Assembly (NCBI GenBank): GCA_964620655.1
Contig: CAZUJW010000004.1
Span: 18,611-82,610 of the forward strand
DNA length: 64,000 bases
Origin: an uncultured Christensenella sp.
Lineage (GTDB): Bacteria; Bacillota; Clostridia; Christensenellales; DTU072
Reading direction: 5' to 3'
The notes below the pieces were generated by a model. It was given only the letters and a program-made list of their open reading frames with translations. It did not search any database and was not told the DNA's origin. Numbering within the stretch: position 1 is the stretch's first letter; the number at the start of each line of letters is the position of its first letter. This document shows positions 1 to 12,000 of the stretch, piece by piece. A program made the position numbers and the translations under genes.

Positions 1-3000
1 ATAGCGTTAAGAGCTTCGAATGCCGACGGGTCGAGAATAGCGTAAGCTATAAGGTCGGTAAGGTGAATGCCGAGAGCTTCCATCGTGGCAATACCCGTCG
101 AATCGAACACCATAGTAAGCACGAAGTGAACAAGACCCGCGCTCATCTTCGCAAGCGCGCTGTGCATTGCCTGATAGTACGCGCCCTCGTCGACGTAAAT
201 CTTATTGAAGACGTCGCTATCGTCTTCGTTGTAACGGCCTTTATAGCGATCTACGAAAGCCTTCTTCAATTCGGCTTCGCCCTTGTTTATAATATCGGAC
301 TCGCTGTACTGATCAAGACGGAAGTCGGCGTCGGTAGTCGTACCGCCGAGCGAAATATCCTGCGCGCTTATGGTTTGTCCGGGAGCTATGCCCGTCACGC
401 CCATCATACCGAGAATGATATTTTCCACTCCCGCGAGTATATCGTTAATCCTGCCGGAATTGAGCCATGCTTCGATATAGGTATACGTGTTGTATCTGTC
501 GGTAGCGTTGCTGCCTTCGTAAATAAGATTGCTGACGTCGTCCTGATAGCTGTGGTCGTGGTCCTGAACGCCGTTGTCGCCGTCGTCGTGGACTTCGCCG
601 TCGAGCTTGTCGGCGCCGAGTCTTATTCTTACGCGGCTGAGAAGCTGTCCTATATCGGAGATATTCTCGTCTTCGCTTATGCCCGCCACGTCTTCCGACC
701 AGTGCTTTTCTCTGTAAATAGGATTGAGAGTGACGTAGTAGCTTGCCACCTGACCGTTGTAGGTGTCCAGAACTTTCATATTGCCGAAGGTGTCGGTAGC
801 GTCGCCGTTAGCGTCGGCTGCGAGATTAAGGTTCTGATAAATTTCGCTACGGAATTTTATAATGTACGAACTTGCGCCGATATTTTCGAGAGCGAGTTCT
901 TCACCTGTAAAGGAGAAGTTGCCTTCGCTGTCTACCGCCACCGAGAAGTCGTCGGGAGTAAGGTCGTAGTAATCCACTACGCCCGAAGTGTGTCCGCCCA
1001 CGCTTACCCAGATCTGATAAGTGCCGGGCTCGGGAACTACCCATTCGGAGCTGCCCCTTTCTTTCGGAACGAGTATCTTACCCACTATCGTGGTGGTAGT
1101 AACGTCGGTGCGTTCGAATATCATATCGACTTCGATGCTCATACCGCTACTGCCTTTGGATATAAGGGCGTTAAGCTGATTATTAAGTCCCTCGTCGGTG
1201 ATTGTCGTCGAATCGCCGTTAAGTCTGAATCCGACTAAGTTGTAGCCCGACAGGTTTGCGGTGAATTTGTTCGCAAGAGTGGACAGGTGATTATTTTCGT
1301 AATACTCCCTTATGGAGTCGTAAACCTTTACGGTCATTTCGTAAGAACCCACTCCGTTTCCGTCGGAAAGAACGCTCGATACGGTAAGCCCCGTGCCGCC
1401 GTTGTAGACAAGGCTCGCTCCGCCGAACGGTACTAAGTCTTCGCCGTCTTTATAGTAAGTCTTGCCCGTAAAGGTCACATCCTTGGGGACTTCGCCGGTC
1501 TTGGCTGCGTCTACCAAAGTTACGTTACGGACTACCGCGGTGTTGGTTTCTTTCGGTAAAATCCAAATCTCTCTTTCATAGAAGGAAGAGCATCCGTCTT
1601 TCGACACGCTTATCGCGGTTCTGTCGCCGAGATTGTAGTACACGCCGTCGATAAGCTCGTAGTGCTTGCCGTCATAGTCTATGTACTGCTCCGTATACGT
1701 GCCGTCGGAAGCAATCTTATTGTTGTCTTTGAGCCAGTTTTCAAGCTTGTAGATATTGTACTCGCCGTAAATATGTTCGGTGACGGGGAGATTGGTGAAG
1801 TAATAGTATCCGTCTGCGTCGGTGGTCCTTGTCTGGTAATCGCCGGTGCCGTTGCTGACGGTGACGGTGGCTCCGCTTACGGGATTGCCGTCGGTGTCGG
1901 TGACTCTGCCGTAGAATCTTCCCGTGCCGTTTTCGGCGTTTTCCGACGCAAACATGCTGTCGGGGAAGAGTACCAAGCCCATAATGCTTGACAAGTTAAG
2001 ACCCTTACTTTCCACACCGTCGTTACTTCCGTTCAGGAAGGAGCTTAAATCGAGCGTTATATAAATCTTGATGGTGAGCGACATACCTATCGACAAGAAA
2101 ATCTGATGGTGGTCGATATGCGCGCTTATATTGCCCTGCTTATACGACGGGGTGGATATATCGGCGTTAATTACGTTGGTGACCGACTTGTACGCCAAAA
2201 TTTTGCCCCTTGCGTACTGGTTACGGGTGAATACCGGTTTGTTCTTCGTGTTGGTGACGGAATTTAACAATCCGCTGCCGCCCGTGAAGTACTGGTACCA
2301 CTTCTTAACGTTAACGAGATTATAAATCTTGTTGACGATGTTAAGAACTTTCATTATTCCGCTTAATGCGGCGGCGTCGTTACCTAAATATCCGTCGTCG
2401 ATGTCGGCATAGGTGTACGGACCGGTAGAATCTACTTTCGGGTACTTCGCAAACAAGTCTTTTCTCGACCAGTAATCGGTTCTGTGTTCGAGATAAATGG
2501 TAAGGTCGTCTATAAAGATACCGTCGAGAAGGCTGTTTACGAGAGCGGTGGTGTTAAGGTCAAGACCGCTGCCGTTAAGGCTTACGCCCGTAAGTCCGCC
2601 GTAAGAAGATACGTCGGGCAAATCGAACATTTCGGTAAAGGACTTGTCCTTGCCGCCGGCGAGTTCTCCCACGCCTTCGTTAAAGGCAAACGTAAGTCCG
2701 CCCGTAGGTACGGATAAGGCTACCTTGTTGCCGTACGAGTCTATCGCCAAATTGAAGTTAATATTACTTAATCCGTCGTAGGTGTTAAGAACAAGTTCCA
2801 TACGCTTGAAGTCGGGTACGGAAAGGTTCTTTCCGGGCATAACCATACCGATTATCAATCCGAGCGTAGCCGCATTCGGATTTATCTTTATTTCGGTATT
2901 GGTAAGAATGAGATTTACGATAGGCTTGCCGACCACGTTGCTGCCGCTTGTTCCGCTTATAGAAGAACCGCTATTGCTGTCGTAGATACCGAAGTGAGCG

Positions 3001-6000
3001 AGAGTCTTGGCTTTCAACTGTTCTTTTTCGGAATCGGTGATACCGTATTTTACGTTGACGTAGGCGGAGCAGTAGGAATCCACCGTGCCTTCGACAAAAG
3101 ATCTCTTTCTTGCGGTCACGTTGGTTTCGCTGTTTCCGTCCGTATCGTAGTGGCTGCCTTTCATTTCAAGGAAGTCAAGGTTTGCAGCCGTCATACCGCC
3201 GACAATGGCGTTAAGAATTTCGGGCGTGGCTCCCGCGAAAGAACTTATCATTGCCGATAAGAAGTTTTCCACCGCTTTTACCATATCTTTTTCGGTGGCG
3301 AACAGAACCGCGTTTATAGTATCGGCTTTCTTTTCGGCGTAATCGGAAGCTATCTTCGCTTTAAGCGATGTGCTCATCTTGTCGATGCTCGTAAGATTTT
3401 CTTCCTCGAGTACGTCGTAAATAAACTGCATCTGATTTACGCCGAAACCTTTGTATGTCTTGCCCGAAGCCACGCTGTCGGATATAGCGTCGGCTACCTG
3501 AGCGGAAGTCATTCCGCTAAACGTACTCTGTGCGGAAGTGATAAGGGCGCTTATTGCATTAGCTACTCTCGTCTTTTCTCCGTAGTAGAGATAATCGGTG
3601 GCGGCGGAGCTTATTATATATTCCGCTATGCTCTTTCCGCCTAAGATATAGTCGTACAGAGCCGTGTTTTGTTCGGCTGTGAGTCCCGACAGAACACTAA
3701 TCTTGTTCTCGGTCATAGCGTTTGCTATCACGCCTATCTGCTTAGCGGTGTATCCGCTGTTAAGAGTACTCGAAGCCACGTTCTGCATAGCGGAGTCGAA
3801 ATCGGTCAACGCCGAGCCTTTCGTTTCGGGTTTTATAAAGGTGCTCGATTTAACAGTGCTGCCCTTTTCGCCCTCGTTGAGTTTTTCTGCGTCGAGTATT
3901 CCGCCGACGAGACTTGCCACGTCTATTCCGTCGGTGGTAATCATCGTTTCGAAATCGGTGCCCGAAAGCATACTCATAATCATCGCCGCAAGGTCGATAC
4001 CGCTTATGCTCGCTCTGAAAAGTCCGAGAGTGCCTAAGTCGGCGTAAACCACTCCGTCGATGTAATAAAGACCTATCATGACTTCGTCGTTATAGGTTAT
4101 TTCCAACTTCAACACGGACTTAGCAAAATCGGTAAGGTCTACGCCTAAGTCGAGACCGACGCTGAAAGTCATCGTGGTATCCTGCAAGTCGAACAAAATA
4201 GTGTCGGCTTGGAGACCGAGTATCTTTTCGAGCATGTCTTCGAAACCGGAAATAACTTCGCTCTTGTCGTCCGAACCGGGGTTTTTGGTCTGCAACGTAA
4301 GGTCGAGATTAAGACCTATATGCAAGTTCTTCAATCGGTCTATCGAAGTGTAATCGTCCTTGTCGTCGTCGCTTACGATAGTCATATCGGTCACTTCGCC
4401 GAGTTTTGCTCTCGGTTTCATGTGAGAGTAACTCTTATCGAAGTTGTAACGAATGGAGAACTGCTTGTTTTCGTCCAACACAAACTGAATACCGTTTACC
4501 TTATCCGCGTCGTCGCGACCTATCTTAACGTAGCTGAACGTCGGGATATTGAGTAAAGCGTCGGGAAGAATTCCGCCGAGCAAGTCGTTAAGGTTGCCCA
4601 CCAAAGTAAGGAGCAACGCGCCGGTTATAGCAATGCTTGCTTCTTCGTCGGAGTAGATAAGCATAAGCATGTTCTGCCCGAATTCCATATCCGCTATATC
4701 CTGATATCTCTGAGCGCGTTTTTCCGCGTCGGTAATATCGTTGCCGACGTTGCCGTCAGCCTGTTGCGGAATAATTTCCTGTTCGTCGTTACTTAGTCCG
4801 GTTTCTATCTTTTTAAGGATGTCTTTGACGAGTTTGCCTAAGTTTACGTTGCTTAACGAAATCTTCGGCAAGCCGAGACCCGAAAGGTCGAGATAAACAG
4901 TGCCGTCATCTTCCGTCCCTACGTATTTTATGGAGAGTATTCTCTGAACCAACGAGCCGTTGCCGTCGCCGTGCGCTACTTCCAGCTCGAACCTAAGTTT
5001 ACTTATATCCGAGAAATCTATGTAGGAACGTAACGCGAACAGTATCTCTACGTCGAGCGCGTCGCCGCTCTTAATATTGAAGCCGAGTCCGTTAATAAGA
5101 GAAGCGGTAAGTCCCGAAAGATCGAGAGCGGTGTTGAAATCGTCGTTTATGTGGAACGAACTGTTGACTTCGGTCACCCAGACGTAGTTCTCTAAAGGTT
5201 CGTATCCCGTCGAGAACTTTTCGGAAATGTTTTCGCCGAAGAAGTTTTCTTTCTGTCCGAGTCTTATGTCTATATCCGACAAACCGAAACCGAAGTCAAT
5301 TTTAGAAGTGTTGACCACGTTGCCGTTTTCGTCATAAACGGGAGCGTCGAGAGGAATAGTCAGGAACAACGTGTTGTTGATGTTGTCGAGTTCCAACTGA
5401 ATGTTGCCGAGTTCTGCGAATTCGAATCCGAACAGAGCCTGCAAGAAGGCGTTTACTATCGTGGTGGCAAGACGAATACCTATCGTGCCTTTACCGAAAG
5501 TAAGACCTTCTATTACGTCGCTCCAATCCATGTCGTCTACAAGAGCGTCGAGAGAAGCGGCGTTCTGCGCGGCGGCGTTACTCATATCGATATCGTAACG
5601 AGAATCGCTGTCGAGGAGATAGAAGAAGATGTTGACAAAGTTGATGTTAAACAGGTTATAACCCATTTGCGGCGTGAGAAGCAGTTTGTCGTGCAAGCCG
5701 TCTCCGCAATCAACGTAAATCTTCGGATCGAGAGTTCCCGTGCCTTCGCCGTCATGGTTAAGGAGTCCGCCGACGAAGTAGATATTGAATATGTTGACGT
5801 TGTCGCCGTTATATCCGCTTACGTAGAAGTCGAACGCCGTCTGTTCGAGGTCGATATCGAGACCTATGTCGAGACGAATTCTTCCGCTGGCGTTCTTCAA
5901 TATTTTGAGCTGGAAGAAGGTTTCTATTTCCTGAACGCTGAACAAGTCGCTCCAGTCAAGTATGGATTTAAGCACGTTGCTTTCAAGATAGATGCTAAAA

Positions 6001-9000
6001 CTTACCGTGGTACGCGCGCCGATTACCGAAGCGAGTATTTCGCTGAGGGTAGCGGACGTGTCTACGTTAAGTCCGAGCGCGAAGAAGTCTTCGAAGAAAC
6101 CGTCTTTATACAGTTCGTCTATCGAGCCGTACAGACTGTCGTACTTAGCCCTGTCGAGACTTACCACGGTGTTTCTTAACAAAGCGAGTTCCGCGTCGTA
6201 ACCTATCTTGTCGCTGCCTTCTTCGGCGTTCTTTCTTATGCTAAAACTCAGACCTAAGTCGTCGCCGTATTCTATGGCGAGTTCTCCTTCGGTAAAGGCG
6301 AGATTAACCAAATCTTCGAGGTCGCTGCTCAACGTTTCTTCCTTAAAGATTACTTTGACGAGTTCTGCTAAGATATCTACGGTAAGAATAAGAGCGGTTT
6401 CTTTCGAACCTATACGGAGCAATACTTCAAGTACGTCGGCAATGCTGCTGTCGGCGTTGTTTACGACGGAATAGAGCTGTTCGAACGGGTTAAGCATATT
6501 TTCCGCTTCTTCGCGGCTTACTCCGTGGTATGCGCTCATTACGGCGGAATTCAACGCTCTTATCGTAGCGGCGGAAGAGCCGCTCGTTTCGTCGCTTTCT
6601 TCCGTTCCGCCCGACGGATTTACTATACTGATAATCTTTTCGCCGAGAGCAAAAGGTATCTTTGCGCTGACGTGGCTGTCAAAGAGTTCTACCTGAGCGT
6701 AGATATTCGGTCCGTAGAGCCAGATATGGATAAGGACTTGCTCGAATCTCGTGTTTTCGCCGTTGGTGTCGTGGTCGATAAGGTAATAGGTAAGAGCAAG
6801 CTCGCCTACTATAGAACTGTTTATTCTGTCGGTATCGCCCGAAAGCAACGCTTCGAAGTTAATGCCGAGCTGTCCTTCTATCGTAGCGTACAGGGTATGT
6901 TCCGCAAGGAAGTCTATATCGAGTTCGCTAAGTTTAACGGGCAGGTTAATAAGGTTAAGAAGCGGGTTGATGTCAAGACGACCTTCGTCGAAGTTTATCG
7001 AAAGCGAAGCGTTAAGGTTTACTCTCAGAGTAAGGTCGGAGTATTCGATATATTCCGCTTTCTCGTCGTCGGTAAGAACGTCTTTAATAAGCGATACGCT
7101 CGTACCCGTTTCGTCTTCCTGGTATCTCTTTATGTCGAAGAGTATGCTCGTATCCTTGCCCGAAATACCTAATGACAGCGTGAGATCTGCCAATGCTTCG
7201 GCGGATTTCAACGCATTCTTATAGATTTGATCGAAGCTCTTTATTAAGGTAGAGCTGCCTTCGAGTACCGATACGAGTCCTATTATCGCCTGCGACTGCT
7301 TGTAGGAGAGATATTTTTTAAGTATATCGCTCATTTCGTCGAAAGTAAGGTACTCGGTGACGTCGCTTTCGCCGCTTACGGCGAGAGTTTCTTTAAGGGC
7401 GAGAGCGTTCTTTATTTCTTCGCTTGCTTTGAAAGAATAATACTTGTTCCAGATATAGGAAGTAAGGTATTTTTCGGGTTCGGCAAGGCTAAGGATTGCG
7501 CTTCTCGTTTCTGCGTACGCAGCGGACGTAACTTCGCTTAACGTCTTACCCGACGCGAGATAACTTTCTATTTCGTCGCTGAGAGCTATAAGGGCGAGAG
7601 CTTTTTCCTGCGCGGTGGAAGTCGAGTCTATTCCTTGTCCTTCCACGAAAGATTGAAGAAGCGGGTCGTTTGCTCTAATCGCGGCGGCTATATCGTCATA
7701 ATTTGCCGCGAGAGCGTTTCTGAACGTAACTTCGGTAATGGTAAGGTATACCGCGCTGTTTACGTCCTTAGCGTAACCGTCGAACTTCTGTCTGTAAATT
7801 TTGTTGATACCGCCTATATTGCTGCTGCCCGCCATAAAGATTACGCTGAGCATATCTATATAAGCGTCGCTTACGTCGCTTACGTCGCTTACGTCGTATC
7901 CGTAACCTGAGATAAGGTTCTTCGTTTCGGTGCGTTTAGCGACGGTTTCCGCAGTAGTAAACAGAGCGGAATATTCTTTGGAAAGAGAAGCGAAACTTTC
8001 GTAATACTTAGCGAGCGTAGCCAGCATATTTTCTGTCGCGCCGAACGTGAGGTAATTGTCTCTCACGAACGCGACGAAGGCTTTTCTTATTTCCGTCATC
8101 TTTTTTACGGTATCGTCGTTACCGGTAAGAACGCCGTTTCCTTTAATAACGGTGGCGAGCGTTCTCAACTTGCCGTCGGAAGTAAGCACGCCGTCTTCGG
8201 TAAACTTAGCCGTTTCGTCGGCGAACACGTTAATAAACGAGACGAATCTCGAATATTCGCCGGGGATAACGAAACCGCTGAACGCGCTTGCCGCGGCGGT
8301 AATCGTGTTTACGTTAAGTTCCGAACCGGTGGTGATTTCAAAATATATCTGTTTAAGTAACGCTATCGCTACGGTAGCGTATTCGTCGTACAACGCCGCC
8401 GCTTTCGTTCTGAAATCGCTGTAAATCGTTCCGTTGCGTTCGGAATAGATAAGCTCGGTGAAGTATTCGTAAGCGGTTTCGTAAACCTTATTTTCAAACG
8501 CCGCGCCGTAGCTGTTTAATACCGAGTCGAAATCTGAAACCACGCCTGCGGAGAGTTTACCCGCGACGTAGGACTTGTAAATCTTCTCCATAAGGAGAGC
8601 CTCGTTTTTATCTGTAAGAGTAAGCAAAACTTCCGTTCTGTCCTTTTCGTACAGTCCGACGGTATCTTTGTCGGTCTGCGCCGTAGACGAACCGAGAGCC
8701 GAAACGGCATCTTTCAATTCGTCGAACTTAGCTATATAGTCGTTATACTCTACTTTCGCGTCGGTTCCGCCGAAAAGCGAGGTGATATATCCCTTCGCAA
8801 AAAGCGAATCGAACATATTTTCGGCGGTCTCGTAGTATACGGAATAAATATTGTTTCTGTAACCGACGAGAGTAGCGTCGGAATCGTACCAGGTATCGAG
8901 GCAGAAAGAATACACCTTGGTCAGAAGTGTCTTTATGTCTATCGTGGTTTCGTTATCCTTAAAAAGGTTTTCCCAACCGAGAGCGGCGGTACGATAATCG

Positions 9001-12000
9001 CCTGCGTTCTCTGCGATGGTGTTTCTCGACTGGACGGATATCTTGGTATCGTTTTCCAACACTCTCAAAGTGCTGATTTGTCTGAAATAGAAACCGTATT
9101 CGGTTTCGCCCTGTTTTCTCGTAAGGGCGCCGTATCCGTTCAGATATGTGTACATAACGTAGTTGCCGTCGTCGTATTTTTCGTTATTGACGGACTCTAC
9201 GCCCTCGTTGTATTCGTCAAGGGTAATACCCTCGTCCTGATTATATGCATAAGTGTCGTACTTAAACTTCAACGTATCCTTTCTTATCTGTCTGTCGGCG
9301 GCTACTACGCTGTCCCACATAGGCTTCAACGCTTTCATAGTGGTAGCGGTCGAAGTGTCGGTAGGATAGGTAGGAGCGGTATAGGACACCTTTTCGTAGT
9401 CGGAACCGAGATATTCTTCTATTCCGCCGTCAAGTTCGTCCATAGCCTTTTCGAAATCGCTGTCGGTCTTACCTACGTTTGCGGCGTCGGCGAAGTACTT
9501 ATTGTACGCTTTAAGATAGTTCTTTTCGTATTCGTAAGTGCTTCTTGCGCTTTCCGCTTCGTTAAGGTGACCGTTTACCGATTCGATAAGGGTATCGAAG
9601 TTCGTCTTCGCGTCGCCGAGAAGAGCGTTTTCCGTAGCGGCGGCGTATTTACTTATCGTATGTTCCACCGCGGCGTCAAAGGCGGCAAATACGTCGGATG
9701 CGTACTTATTTTTGTCGTCGTCGGACAATTTGTCGTACATAAGGTCGCTGTACTTCTGTCTGTCGACGATAATTAACGCTTTGCGAGCGGTAGCATAACT
9801 TTCCGCCCACGTCACCGCAACGCTTTCGGCGTATTTTGTGCTGTCGGCGGTGATTTCGTCATAAACTTTCTTCATAATCGACGCTTTCTGCACGTCGGTA
9901 GCGGAACTTTCGAATTCTAACGTAAGTTCGTTTTCGGCGGCGTCGGATACGTCGGTCAATTCCTCGTCGTAATCTTTAAGGGTGGCGTACAGAGCTTCGG
10001 TTTCGCGCTTTAAGTCTTCAAAGTACTCGTTGTAGGAGATAATGTTGACCTTTTCGTAGGTCTTTGCGCTTACTCCTATTACGCTCATGCCGTCTTTGAT
10101 TACGGTGTTTGCGTTGCCGACGATTATTTCGGTAAGCAGGTTCTTTATGGACGGATAAAGGTCTTCGAAAACTTTCGCTCTGAGCATATCGTCCATTTCT
10201 TCTATTCTCGCGGCGGTGGAAGACAGTCTGTACCACGCTTCCCATGCCGAACGTTTAGCGTACTCTTCGTCGGCAATACGCTCGAACAATTTGTTTATAA
10301 ACGCCGCTCTTTCCTTTATTTCGACCACGTTGCGGTCGTTGTCGTAGACGTCGCCTTCAAAGTTAAAGGCGTTCCACGCTTCGGCGGTAAGAACGGAGTA
10401 GTCGCCGCCGTTAAAGGCGGTAATCGTCTGTTCCAATTCTTTTTTGAGACTGTCGGATTCGCAAATCTTAACGAATCTTCCGTATACAGCCGCTACGTAC
10501 TCGTTAAGTCCGAGAGTACGATATTGTTCCGCATAATCGAACGCCGTATTTACCGACGCGTCGCCCGCGTACTTGGTCCTGAACAGAACGAGCGCAAGGT
10601 AGGTCTGATACAAAGGCATACCCTTGCCGTCGACTATTTCGCCGTTGGTTTTTGCTTCGGTAAGATTATCGGTAGTCATTTCGCGAACGGGCATTATCGA
10701 CTTGACAGAGTCGTTAATATCCTTTCTTACGCTCTTGTTTAATTCGGTTTCTTCTTCTTTAAGGGTAGCGTACATATCTTTTACGATACCGAGAGCGGTG
10801 GCTATTTCGCCGTAGCGAGTCGTGCTTTCGCCCTTGTAGGAAGCAAAACCGTCGTAATACGCTTCGCAGGATATTACTCCGTAATTGCCTTCGGATACGG
10901 CTTTGACCATCTCGACGTCTTCCGCAGATAAGGTAGCTCCGATAAGGTAGAGATAACGGGCAAAACTTCTTGCCGTCCTGTAAAATTCGACGAGATACCC
11001 GTCTTTTCCGTAACCGGAGTTAGCGCAGATACTTATTACGTTGCCGATATTGTCGGAGTCGTCGGCGTAAGTTTCCGCCGCTTCGAACAAAAGCTTACTT
11101 TCCGCTCTCGCTTTGAGTTCGGCGTAGATAAGGCTCAGTTTAAGCATATCGTTTTCGATATTTACGTTATAGTTGTCGGCAAAGTAAACCGACGGGTTGA
11201 CTTCGTATCCGTTATTTTCTTCGCTAATTGCATACCCGCTGTTTTTAGCGCCGATTTCTGCCGAAAGGATAACGGCGTTTTCGGGGAGAATACTCTTATA
11301 TTCGAGACTTATAAGGTTATTCCAAGCGTCCGCGCGGAAAGATTTTCCGTCGGCGTAGTCTTCTATCGCAAGCTGTTCGACGGACTGCCCGCGAATTAAC
11401 TCGAACCTGTCGGCATAACGACCGATAAGGGCGGAAAGAAGTTCCGTCTTGTCGGATTCGGTTTCGTCGGGAGAAGCCACAATCTGGTTGGTTATTCTTT
11501 CGACGTCGGATTTTCTCAGTTCGTCTATTGCGTAAGCTCTTATGGTCCTTAACACTTCGGTGGAGTTGCCGGAGAAGAGTTCGCCTATGACGTTAAGGGC
11601 GTCGGAAGAAGAGAATATTATATCGTAAACAAGTTCCGCTTCCTGATATTCGTTAAGTATAACGGTATTCTTGACGCTGTAAGTCTGAATTCCCGTTACT
11701 ATCGCTTCGATAATCGCGATTAAGTCGGCAATATCGTCTTTCGTTACGCCTGTCGAACTTATATCCTCGCTTTCTCCGCGATATTTATACAGACGCATTT
11801 CGTTAATGACGACGGTCTTCAATATGCTTACGTCGTCGGCTACAAGGGCTTCTTCGTAAATGGTGGAGTCTTCTATAAGGTCTTTTCTGTACTTGTCGTA
11901 AGCGTAAGCCTTGAGTTCCTGCTCGGTAGCGGTCTTGTATCTTCCTGCGGCGTAGTTAAACGCGCTTTCCATCATCGCGACCTTGACGTAGTCCCTATCT

